Both the position numbers and the translations under genes were made by a program. A model generated the notes under the pieces. The model did no database searches, was not told the origin of the DNA, and saw only the letters and a list, made by a program, of their open reading frames with translations. A DNA stretch of 63,953 nucleotides, filler included, from Piptocephalis cylindrospora (lineage: Eukaryota), in assembly GCA_003614145.1 (NCBI GenBank). It is 21 parts of 21 records of this genome, joined end to end, with 100 filler letters (N's around TTAATTAATTAA, not from the genome) between each part and the next. Parts side by side here need not be neighbours in the genome. Positions count along the whole stretch, not along the records: positions 46,268 to 49,241 come from KZ988792.1; positions 49,342 to 52,307 come from KZ988793.1; positions 52,408 to 55,258 come from KZ988794.1; positions 55,359 to 58,317 come from KZ988795.1; 17 more parts are not named here. The stretch is one strand, 5' to 3'. Below, piece by piece: positions 46,304-56,802 of this stretch. The number at the start of each line of letters is the position of its first letter. Positions within the stretch are counted from its first letter, which is position 1.

Positions 46304-47540
46304 TCACTCCATATCCATCCCCTCTGTCCCAAAGTACCGGTCTATCCTCCATGGAAAAGGAGTATTTAGGATTAGTGAATTGGGAGATAAGGAAGATATG
46401 ACCATTCCCCTTTCCATGTGCCCACCTCCAAAATTGCCCATGCCCGGCTCAATGTACAGGTGATCGAGGGAAAGGTCGGCGTCAATTGCACTTGTGATGA
46501 TCTTGACCTTGGGGAATGCTCGGGCCACGGCATTGAGGCCTGTGTAGGTGGCCAGGAAGGCCATGAAGATAATATTTTCCTGTAGGAAGGATAATGGGGT
46601 AATTGAGTGTGCAGGTTAAGGGAACAGAAAGTACTTTTTTCCCACTCATTGCCCTCTCCCTTACCTCCGGAACTTCATGATCCAAGATGACACGAATAGC
46701 CATCATGGCTGCGGCGCCCGTAGCAATAGTCGCATCCTATAGGGTGTAGTGAAGAGATGATTTATCATTACGATATCCACAGGCCTTCATCGTTGAGGGA
46801 GACACGTACCATGAGAAGAACACTGGAGGTACGAATACTCGCAGGAAGCTTGCAAAAGTGAAGTTGGGGTTCACCAGTATGCCGATCTGACTGGATAAGT
46901 ACCTTACCAATGGGCACATCTTTGAGGACACGACGTAAGGACAGCTCCATGGCCGATCCAGCCCGGAGGATAGATACCCCGCACACTCGGACATCCGAGA
47001 TGACTCCTTCGTAGGGTAAGCCCATGGGAGTCTCCACAGTACACTCACGGAAGGGGAGTTGGCCCAATGCCCTGGCAGACACGAGAGTAGAGGGAAACGT
47101 GATAAATAATAAGAGAGTATCCCTCTTTTCTAGCCCTGCCATTCTCTTCAACCTACTTTTCTACGATAAGACGACCGACACGCTCGGAAAAGAAGAGGAA
47201 ATCATCCCTGGAGGTCTTTCGATCCCGAAGGATGGTGTGCATGGCCTAGTGAATCATTTTTTAGAGGCGATGAGAGGCGAGCGGGGAGAAGGGAATAACA
47301 TGTCTGTGGCCAACATTGGCTTACATGCAACTGCTTGGTCTGGGGAAGTAGAACAACCGAGTCAGGAGCAGTAGTGGAGAAGAAGGGAGCAGCCTCGGCC
47401 AGTTCCTTTCGGATCCTCAGAGCCCTTTCATCCAACTGCCGACGAATGTGCTTGGTTACCACATCAATGGCCACCTCATTATCCAATCCACGGGGGATAA
47501 TGACATTGGCATTTCGGATGGTAGGGTAGACAAAATCATC
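46304..47540 (-). CDS. URK1: Uridine kinase/UPRTase-like fusion (Urk1/UCKL1), C-terminal half, multi-exon
   Basis: DDFVYPTIRNANVIIPRGLDNEVAID; CGVSILRAG; IGKVLIQSD; IATGAAAMMAIRVILDHEVPE; YIEPGMGNFG/DRYFGT. Confidence 0.92.
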
Positions 47541-47766
47541 CAAATCTCGCGCAATCCTCATCATTTTCTTTTTCTGTCCCCTTTGACCCGTCTCACTTGA
47601 AGGCTCGTGTCGTGTCGTACTTAAGGGTCCGCTGACACCTGTCACCATCTTCACCTCCGCCCTGCCCCACCTCCTCAAACTTGCTTTATCCTTGCACCTT
47701 TGGCCTGAATCTTTGCGCCCAGCGTCTTTATTGTTTGCCTCTTGCCATTGACACATCCATCCTAGT

Positions 47767-49083
47767 ATGACCGGACATTTTCAGCGCAGCAAACTCCTCA
47801 TCCATGGCCAAGGACGCAAGTAAGTACGAAGGGATGGGGGTGAATCGGCTAGGACATGCTTCTTCTTGGCTCATCTAACCCTTTTCTGATGGCTTCCTCA
47901 AACACTACATACAGCCCTTGGTATAGGTAAGTTGAACAAGAGGGTAGCTTATACAAGCTCTTGAGATGTTCTTCGCACCGCTACCGCTAACCCTTGGAAA
48001 CTCATCTTTCTCGGATAATCATCATTATATAGGACGGATGGAAGTAACTGTCAGAGTTATCTCATTGGCATTGCAGGTATTTTTATATTTTTCTCATGGG
48101 GCGGATGGGAGGAGGGGGGAAGGGGGTCGGTGAGACGATCATGGTTTGATAAACCATAATCATTAAGCACTCTCTCGTCTCTGGTAGGAGGAAGCGCCAG
48201 TGGCAAGACTAGTGTGTCGGATCGCATCATCAGGAATCTTGGAGTGCCATGGGTGGTCATCTTGAGTATGGATTCCTTCTATAAGGCCCTAACCCCAGAG
48301 CAAAAGGCCCAAGCAGATGCAAAGTATGTTTGGGGGAAAGGGAGGGATAATTATACTATGCAATCGAGGTAACTCTACCTCTCACACCCCATCCCCTCCT
48401 ACAATCACCCTGTAGCAACTACAATTTTGACCATCCGGATGCCTTCGATTATGAAATGGTCTTGGATACCCTGACGAAAATGAAAGCCGGGTAGGTGACG
48501 CAGAATAATCAACTCTGCTGGACCAATTACTGACGCATTTTTGTTCGCGATGAACGTGAGGAATACGATAGGCAAAGTGTTGAAATTCCTATTTATGACT
48601 TCAAAACCCATTCCAGGTAAGGGCAATTCAATGCGTAGTGTCTTTGTCTAGATTTCTTGAAGATGCTAAATGATCATTCTCATTCAATCCTCTTTGTAAT
48701 AACAGGAGCTCCAAAACACAGACCATTTACGGTGGGAATGTCATTGTCTTTGAAGGCATCTTTGGCCTTTGGGATCAAGATATTATGAATCTCATGGATC
48801 TCAAGGTATCCCATTCTATCACACATGGATGTTTCGATACGCTCTAAATGATCTCACCATTTTCACCACGACTATCATCCGTGTCTGGTGGAACAACGTT
48901 AAATAGGTCTTTGTGGATACCGATGCTGATCTTCGTCTGGCCCGTCGATGTAAAGGGTTCTTTGAAACTTGGGTGGGTATCCTCACCTGCTGACTTTTAC
49001 TCTTTTCCCTCCTATGGGACGTGCCCAATATAGTGAAAAGGGATATCTGCGAGAGGAACCGTGATATGGAGGGAATCCTTCAG
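47767..49083 (+). CDS. URK1: Uridine kinase (Urk1/UCKL1), N-terminal half, about 9 exons
   Basis: [21 protein letters not shown] (P-loop), [49 protein letters not shown] and [15 protein letters not shown]. Confidence 0.92.
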
Positions 49084-49110
49084 GTGGGTCATAGCTGCAT
49101 CTCCTTCCAA

Positions 49111-49145
<35 letters not shown>

Positions 49146-49353
49146 CTTCCCCTTCCTCAACTTACCCAACTAACGACTCACACGCCCTTCCCCGCCCTTT
49201 TGTCTTTTCACCCTCCTACACCACATCCCCTACACCAACACNNNNNNNNNNNNNNNNNNNNNNNNNNNNNNNNNNNNNNNNNNNNTTAATTAATTAANNN
49301 NNNNNNNNNNNNNNNNNNNNNNNNNNNNNNNNNNNNNNNNNGGGGATGACGGT

Positions 49354-49680
49354 TTAGTCGAAGAGACCGAAGCCCATGTCATCATCGGACTCCTCCTTCT
49401 CCTCAGCCTTCTCCTCCTTCTTCTCCTCGGCGGCAGGGGCGCCACCGGCAGCAGCGGCACCACCAGCAGCGGCACCACCGGAGGGAACGGAGGCAAGCTT
49501 GGAGGCACCCTCGGAGATGAGCTCGTTCACGTCCTTGCCCTTGAGCTCGGCCACAAGGGTCTCGAGACGGGACTCATCGGCATCAACACCGACGGTGGAC
49601 AGGAGCTTCTGGATGTCAGAGGCCTGGGGGGAGGTGTTACCACCAAGGGTCAGGAGAAGGTAGGCAGCAACGTGGCGCAT
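49354..49680 (-). CDS. RPP2: 60S acidic ribosomal protein P2
   Basis: [15 protein letters not shown], Ala-rich hinge and [13 protein letters not shown] terminus. Confidence 0.97.
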   Translation of the reverse strand: MRHVAAYLLLTLGGNTSPQASDIQKLLSTVGVDADESRLETLVAELKGKDVNELISEGASKLASVPSGGAAAGGAAAAGGAPAAEEKKEEKAEEKEESDDDMGFGLFD

Positions 49681-49798
49681 GTTGGATTGTCTGATGGGAT
49701 GGGAATGACGAGGATAAGCTGTTTTGTTGTTGAAAAGAGAAGCAGAAAAGATGGATAAGCCGTAAAGCAAGATGGCCGTAACGCCTGGATACTTGACT

Positions 49799-49968
49799 AG
49801 GTAAGATGGATGGATGGATGGATGGATGGATGGATAAATGGATGGAAGCAACAAAAACGCGTTGATCCTACCGTCCATCCATCCATCCAGCCTACCCACT
49901 CCGTCCCATATCCATCCGCTTATCCATCCTACATCCTTTCCCTTCCATATATCCTGGATGCCTTACCT
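49799..49968 (-). promoter_or_regulatory. Probable 5'UTR intron of RPP2 with mutually complementary (GGAT)n and (ATCC)n tracts
   Basis: CAG/GTAAGG donor at 49966 (minus); GGAT-rich arm ~49873-49930 and ATCC arm 49805-49846 in transcript sense. Confidence 0.55.
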
Positions 49969-51351
49969 GACGTGTGACGTAAAGTTCTTTTAACTCGGCG
50001 AGAAAGGTCTTCGAGGCACAATACGTTCGGCACGGCGAAGATGTGAGAAGTGGAGAAGGAGCACAAGGATGAGGGGGAGTGAGTCTGGCTGGTGGTGGTT
50101 CTCTTGTTTCCTACTGTGTCTATGTGTGTGTGTTGTGTGTGTGTATGTCTGTGTGGTAGTGTGGTAGCGTGTCTGTGTGTGGCATGTGTGTGCGCGGGGT
50201 TGAAGCGGTCAATGTATGAACGGTTGACTGATCCACCCAGCACATCCATTGGGAAACCGTCCCTAATTGATCTTAGCTTAGACTAGTACCGTAGCGCGAT
50301 TTAAGGTATGAATACTATACAAGAGATTGCGATTGAAGCGGATAAGCTTGTCCTGTCTAAGATTCGCATTTATTCTTACAAAAGGCAGAAAACTTTGTCA
50401 TACGTTCTTTTCTACCATACATATTGTCTTTTTCCATCCTTTTATGACCAACATCTCCATTGTTTAGCCATTTACTAAGACTTAGTAGCCACAATGGATT
50501 TTTCTCTTTATGATAGCACTTGGATTGGACCACATGCCCTACAAGGATCTTCTCTAGTTGTTCAATTGATCAAATTAAAGCAAATGCAACGGTCAAAGAG
50601 ATTATGTAGTTGCATGAGTATAATAACACAGTTTCCTTCTCCTCACCGGCGCCATTAATGCACGTAGTACTTATCAGCATAATCTGGCCAGGATCATTTC
50701 ATATAGACTTATTCCATATTAGACCTACGGTTAGGTTCTTCATCCGTCTAATCCAAGACTACTAAGTAGGCCCCTTTTCCTCTCGTACCTGTTCAGCCAT
50801 TTACAGCACCATATAAGCGGAGTTAAGCTCGGTTGACTGACCCCAAGGATTCAACTCCGGCCCAATGACTTCCCTCGCCGGAGCTCACTTTCAAAAGTCC
50901 GCACTTTCTATGCAGTCTATCCCTTCTCCATCTCGCATAGTCAAGTCTAGCCAGCTTTTGCCTTGCCTCGCCTTGGCCTCCTCAATATCCTCTTCCTTCC
51001 CTCATCCCTTTTTTTCCCTCCGCGTCAGCCCTTCTTCCAGCCTTCTCAATCCCTCTCTTCAAAGTCTCCCCCCGTTTCTCTTCCCTGTCTTCCATCCAAT
51101 TCTCCTGGTTGAAAGGGAATCCAGGACGTCCGGCAACGCACTGTGGCCCACCCTCTTCTTTGCTCGTTGCATCACGCCTTCATCCTTGGGGACAACGAGT
51201 GTTTGTGCGTGAGATAGCAAGTTGTTGATAGAGGTGATAGATATTGTGACCTATTCCTCCTTGACGAAGCCGCCACGATCCTGCTTTTCCATTCTTCCAA
51301 CCCTCCCTCGTCTCTCCCGCTCGTCTTCCCGCTCGATTATTGCACGTTTCC

Positions 51352-52097
51352 ATGTGGACCTTCCTCTCTGGCCTTCCCAATCCCCTGAGAGGATCCCCTC
51401 CCTTCCGCCTCTCCATCCCCATACTCCTCCTCTTCCTTCTTCTCGACATTGCACGGCTGGCCGATGCAAGTATCATTCTCCATGCTAACGACTCTGACAT
51501 CACTCTCCGCACTCAAAATTATTTCCTCGGCTCCCAGGAACCTATTGATCGGTCAGGTATGCTTGTTGAGCTTACCCTGCGCGATGGTTGCCTCACCTCC
51601 CCCGAAGCCGCCAATGCCTCCGCCACTACCGATGGCACCTGGACCCGTATCTACAATCAGACCATCATCTACGCCTCCTGGGGCAATGCCATTCGACGAG
51701 GATGTGATACCTATGGTCAGGTTAGTGAATGCATCCCGCTTGAAGAACATTAACGGTCCTTGTACATATAAAGTACATCCTCTCACCCCCCTTCTTCTCC
51801 ATCCTGTATAGCTCACCAAAGTAGCCCAGGAATACGCTATGTCCTTTTCGGAAGCAGGGCTTCCTCCTTCAAGCACCTTCCTCATCCTCCTAGGTCCTAG
51901 ACCCGCAAGACTGGAGAATACCGAAGGGTCTCCTTTCCTCGAAGGATACGCCGCCCATGCTCCCGGTATCCCTGATGGCCCTGTCTCTTCCGGATGGGCT
52001 GTTCATCTCTTGGGCACGGTCTCCGCTACCCAGCTGGTCAATTACATCAGAGATATCACTTTTTCTCGAAAGGCCGCTTCTTGTCGTCTGATTTACG
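51352..52097 (+). CDS. Hypothetical secreted or membrane protein, N-terminal exons; intron 51721-51811
   Basis: Hydrophobic signal ILLLFLLLDIARLADA; N-glycosylation sequons; WGNAIRRGCDTYGQ/LTKVAQEY splices in frame. Confidence 0.6.
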
Positions 52098-52502
52098 GTA
52101 GGTCGATTAGAGGAGGGCGCCTGAGGTTGCATTTGCATACCTAATTCTTTCTTCTCCTTCTCACAGGCTGGGGGGGGCAACAACAGTGCGGGAAGAGGAG
52201 GGGGAGTAAAACCGGAAGCGTTAAGCCACGGAGGGAAGGAAGAAGCGGTACAAGGAGGCTTTGGCGGCGAGGTCTGAGGATAACCTTCGGTCACCCATCT
52301 GTTGTATNNNNNNNNNNNNNNNNNNNNNNNNNNNNNNNNNNNNNNNNNNNNTTAATTAATTAANNNNNNNNNNNNNNNNNNNNNNNNNNNNNNNNNNNNN
52401 NNNNNNNGTGCCAGTCCACTTGGAGATGATTCTTTATGAAAGGGATCCAGCCCATCCTCTCTCTTCCCCACCCCTCCACTCCCCATCCCCTCCAGTCTCT
52501 TG

Positions 52503-53370
52503 ATGTTTCGTTTAGCCCGACTCTTCCCTCCCCCCTTGAGCCCAGCAAGGGTAAGTGGATGGGGAGAGCATAACACAGGATGTCTTTGTTGACTAATGAC
52601 GCGACCGGGCACCAACACGCTACCTCCCTTCGATAGATTCTAACCAGGGCACAGGCCACCCCTATCCGCCATAGTAGCCTTATCCCCATGGTGATTGAAC
52701 AGACGGTAAGAATATATCTCCCGCGAGATGTGCTTGTCATGGCCACGCCTCACACCCATTCTTGGCCACGCGCATTTAGCCAAGAGGAGAACGCTCCTAC
52801 GACATATTCTCCAGATTACTCAAGGAACGTATCATCTGCCTTAATGGAGAAATCCACGATGGAGTAGCATCGACCATTGTGGCCCAGCTGCTCTTCTTGG
52901 AGGCCGAAGGTCCAGAAACCCCCATTCATCTGTACATCAATTCGCCAGGAGGCAGCGTGACGGCCGGGATGGCCATCTACGATACTATGCAATACATCCG
53001 TAGTCCAGTGTCTACCTTATGCCAGGGTCAGGCTTGCTCCATGGGCTCCCTGCTTCTGTGCGCCGGTGAACCTGGAAAGCGCTTTGCCTTACCCAATGCC
53101 ACCATCATGCTGCATCAGCCATCGGGAGGGGCATCGGGCCAGGCCTCAGATGTAGCCATCCATGCCAGGGAGATCCTCCGGGTACGTGAACGTCTCAACA
53201 AGCTCTACCAACACCACACCAAGCAGGAAGATATGGCGGTGATTGAAAGAACGCTTGAACGGGATTTTTTCATGACAGCTGAGGAAGCTCGGGACTTTGG
53301 GGTGGTGGATGCGGTCTTGGAGAAGCGACCAGGTGATGGGGCGGGCAAGAAGACGGACAAGCCCGAGTAA
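52503..53370 (+). CDS. CLPP: Mitochondrial ATP-dependent Clp protease proteolytic subunit, 3 exons
   Basis: Presequence [63 protein letters not shown]. Confidence 0.95.
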
Positions 53371-53567
53371 GCGAGCGGGAATGGCGCTTTCATTGATCTA
53401 GAACATCCACACAACAACAATACACGCAGTATTCAACCCACCCCCAGGAAGATGCAGTAGAAAACGTTCAATTTCTTATGAAGTAAAGGATATTGATTAC
53501 ACACAATAGTCTAAAAAGGCTGAGAGATGGTGGTACACATGGCAGGATGAGAAGAGACCATACGCGA

Positions 53568-55175
53568 TCATAATTCACTCAAGACGAAGCTGGTGGGCTT
53601 CCACTTGGGTAGGGGAGGTACTTGGGCTTGGGCAGGCCGGGTAGAATGAGAATGATCCCCACGACGGATCACGTACTTGCGATCCTCCCCACCCTCTTCG
53701 GCAGTAAGTCGACGACGACGATGGCGGCGGGGAAGTACATCTTCCCCGGCCTCATCCGCCCCAATCAGCTGGAGAAACGGGGCATGCAGTTTCTTGGTCG
53801 AGATGGTCTTGGGAGGTAAAACCTTGATTGTCTCTTCCCTCTCGTCCTCATGACTCTCCTCGTCCGTCTCCTCATCCATTTCCTCAACCGCATCCCCAAG
53901 ATATCCCCGAGTCCAGGCCAAAGTGTCGAGATGATCTAGATGCATCCAAGGATTTTCCCGAGGAGAGCACGGGGAGGTCGGAGATGAGGGCCGAAGGGTC
54001 GGGGAAGTATACTGGTACTGACGTCGATGCTGCCATTGCTCCCGTTTAGCCTTTGCTGCCCACTCCCCAAATGAAGGGAGAGATGCACTAGGAGAGTAAT
54101 CCTCAGGAGTAGATGGGGAGTCAGATGACAAGGAAGAGGAGGAGGGCGGGGAGGCCGAAGAGGAGAGGGAGGCCGAATCGATGAGGGAAAGAGCCCGCAG
54201 ATGAGGCTCGAGGCTCAGAGGGGTTGTAGGACATGGCATGGATCGACGATACTCTTTAGTGCTGCCAGACCTTCGAAGTTTGCTCAGTTTCCGAGTTAGC
54301 TCCGTGTTTGCAGATGAAGAAGTGACAATAGGAGAGAGGGTGGTCGAGGGAAGGATCATAGATCGAGGTCGTAAGGCCAAAGGGGCTCGAAAGGCCGGTC
54401 CGGGCAATGCATGAGCCACATGATCCGGAATAGCATGTCGATGGGAGCCACTGATCGTGGCAGTGGGGGTGGGGGAGGTAACGACGGTGGAAGAGGGACG
54501 GGATGGGGCGGACCGAGCACTTTGTGATCGAGAGATGAAGAGGCGAGAAGAATTGACTTTACCTTTTTCCCTCTCCTCCTCCTCCTCCTCCTCCTCCTCA
54601 TCCATGGAGGAGGAGTCAAGCTCACGAAGGTAGTGCCGGTCGTGTCTAGGAAGACAAAGAGGATCCAGAGTGGTGGAATGACCAAAATCCACCTCAATGC
54701 TATTGAGTAATAAATTGAATGGATCCTCATCGTACATGGCGGCTTGTCGTCGTCGACGACGACCACGAATGGTGAGGGAGCCCAGGCTGTGCCGGTGCCT
54801 CCTTTTCCTCTCCTTCACGTCGTACATTCCAGTTTCATCCAGCGGTATCTCCTCCACACGCCCCTCTTTCATCGTCGGACTCGGCCGGTCTGTGTCGCTT
54901 GGGACAAGTGTAGAGGAGGTGGAAGAGGAGGTGGTGGTGACCTCTTCGGGAATTTCAAGGGAGGGTCGCACAGATTCTTGGTATTTTCGCGCACAAAGGT
55001 GTGTCAGGGTCCGGCGCAGGGAACCCCGTACCTGGGCAAAGGCAGTTGTATCCCTAGATCCACTGATGGTATTAGCCCGTCGAGGCCCACTCGATCGAGC
55101 GGGGTGACTGGAGAAGGATCCCCCCTCTTGGGAGGAAACGGATGTCGAAGATTGAGAATTGGATGCCGAAGGCAT
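53568..55175 (-). CDS. Hypothetical Ser/Arg-rich disordered protein (535 aa)
   Basis: Uninterrupted 535-codon ORF; no family recognised. Confidence 0.7.
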   Translation of the reverse strand: MPSASNSQSSTSVSSQEGGSFSSHPARSSGPRRANTISGSRDTTAFAQVRGSLRRTLTHLCARKYQESVRPSLEIPEEVTTTSSSTSSTLVPSDTDRPSPTMKEGRVEEIPLDETGMYDVKERKRRHRHSLGSLTIRGRRRRRQAAMYDEDPFNLLLNSIEVDFGHSTTLDPLCLPRHDRHYLRELDSSSMDEEEEEEEEEREKGKVNSSRLFISRSQSARSAPSRPSSTVVTSPTPTATISGSHRHAIPDHVAHALPGPAFRAPLALRPRSMILPSTTLSPIVTSSSANTELTRKLSKLRRSGSTKEYRRSMPCPTTPLSLEPHLRALSLIDSASLSSSASPPSSSSLSSDSPSTPEDYSPSASLPSFGEWAAKAKREQWQHRRQYQYTSPTLRPSSPTSPCSPRENPWMHLDHLDTLAWTRGYLGDAVEEMDEETDEESHEDEREETIKVLPPKTISTKKLHAPFLQLIGADEAGEDVLPRRHRRRRLTAEEGGEDRKYVIRRGDHSHSTRPAQAQVPPLPKWKPTSFVLSEL

Positions 55176-55358
55176 GGAGACAAGATAGTTGTAGAAGCAA
55201 GGCTAATGACGATGATGATAGTGAAGCAAGGGAAAAAATCAGCTGGAAATGACGAGGANNNNNNNNNNNNNNNNNNNNNNNNNNNNNNNNNNNNNNNNNN
55301 NNTTAATTAATTAANNNNNNNNNNNNNNNNNNNNNNNNNNNNNNNNNNNNNNNNNNNN

Positions 55359-56045
55359 AACATTGCCACCCAGGCCGCAGAGCACATCCATGAAAACGAA
55401 ATTATCCTCACCATGGGTCGTAGCCTCACCGTCGAGGCCTTCCTCAAGGCCGCAGCCAAGAAGAGACGCTTTCAGGTCGTGGTGGCCGAGACAGGGCCGG
55501 ACTTTCAGGGCCATGCCCAGGCCCTAGCCCTCACCAAACATGGCATCCAGACCACTGTCATCTCGGATGCCGCTGTCTTTGCTGTTATGTCCCGCATGAA
55601 CAAGGTTCTCCTCGAGGCTCACACCGTCCTGGCCAACGGTGGAGTCCTTGCCGTCGCTGGGTCCAGGCTCATGGCCGAGGCTGCTACCGTTCACAAGACC
55701 CCTGTCATGCTCGCTGCCTCTGCCTTCCAGCTCTCCCCGGAAACTCTATTTGATCCTTCCACCCACACCGAGTGTATCTCCCCCTCCCATCTTCTCCCCT
55801 CCCTGGAGGCCATTGAGGGTGGCATGGTGGATGAGGTCAACCCCGTCCGAGAGTATGTTCCACCCTCCAGCATTGATCTATACCTGACGAATGTGTAAGT
55901 GGATAGAGTGCAGGGTGGGATGGACATCCCCTTATTCATCTTTCCCTCCTCAATCGCGTCGTCTAGTGGTGCCCACCCGACCAGCTACTTGACTAGACTC
56001 ATATCGGAGAATTACCATGTGCAAGACACGTATTTGGGATGGTGA
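55359..56045 (+). CDS. GCD7: Translation initiation factor eIF2B beta subunit, 5' truncated; intron near 55895-55966
   Basis: QAAEHIHENEIILTMGRS.TVEAFL, VVVAE, ISDAAVFAVMSRMNKV, VLANGG and NP..EYVPP..IDLYLTN/VGAHPTSY. Confidence 0.92.
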
Positions 56046-56382
56046 GGAGTGTTTCATTGACCTTTCTCTTTATGTGGTATACCATGATGTCTTTCCTTTC
56101 CCCATGTTGCTACTATTGTTGTCTTGTTTGATCGATCGATCGACCATTCCTCGCCCCTCCTGCCCACACCATTTCAACACGCATGACACGTCATATCCGA
56201 CCAAGAAAAGAGATCATCGTAAGGATCCATTGACACAGGAGGGTCTCTCTCCTCGGCGTCCATCTTCTCCCTCACAATGACACACCACATGTACGTATCC
56301 ATGGTCCCTACCTTACTACGACCCTCCTAGAAATGAGGAGGCCAAGGGGAGGGGGGGACCCGGTAACGTGCGCGTTCATCTC

Positions 56383-56802
56383 TTACTTGCGGGAGGCACG
56401 GGGACCGGTGGAGCGACGCTTGGGGCCAGCCTTGACAGCCTTCTGGGCACGGAGAAGGGCGGTGGCGCGGCCAAGGGCAGCGGACCGGAGGTCGGGGCGG
56501 TAGGTGGCGATCTGGCCAACGATGGACTTGGCGGTGTGACGGGGTCCACCACGGGTCAGGGCAACGGAGCGCTGACGGTTGGCGATCTTGTTGGCGCGGA
56601 AACCACGGGCGGTGGTGAGGACGACACCACGACCCTTGGGGTTAGCGGTCAGACCGACAGTGCGGGCATTGGCAAGACCAGAGTACTTGTAGGAGTTGAC
56701 CCCAGCAAGGTTGTTGGGCTCAGTGGTGAACTGGAGGCCGGAGCGCTTAACCAAAAAGCAAGACTGGTTCTTGACGAGTTCCCAAGTAAGATCGGCGGAC
56801 AT
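56383..56802 (-). CDS. RPL28: 60S ribosomal protein eL28
   Basis: SADLTWELVKNQSCFLVKR, FTTEPNNLAGVNSYKYSGL and YRPDLR.AAL.RA. Confidence 0.95.
   Translation of the reverse strand: MSADLTWELVKNQSCFLVKRSGLQFTTEPNNLAGVNSYKYSGLANARTVGLTANPKGRGVVLTTARGFRANKIANRQRSVALTRGGPRHTAKSIVGQIATYRPDLRSAALGRATALLRAQKAVKAGPKRRSTGPRASRK

Noticed and set aside
48806..48815. GTATCC donor as a possible U12-type intron in URK1
   Set aside because: Reads GTATCCCATT rather than GTATCCTT, and no U12 branch consensus is evident.
50815..50865. GGAGTT...AACTCC hairpin resembling a tRNA T-arm
   Set aside because: No cloverleaf, acceptor stem or A/B boxes could be assembled.
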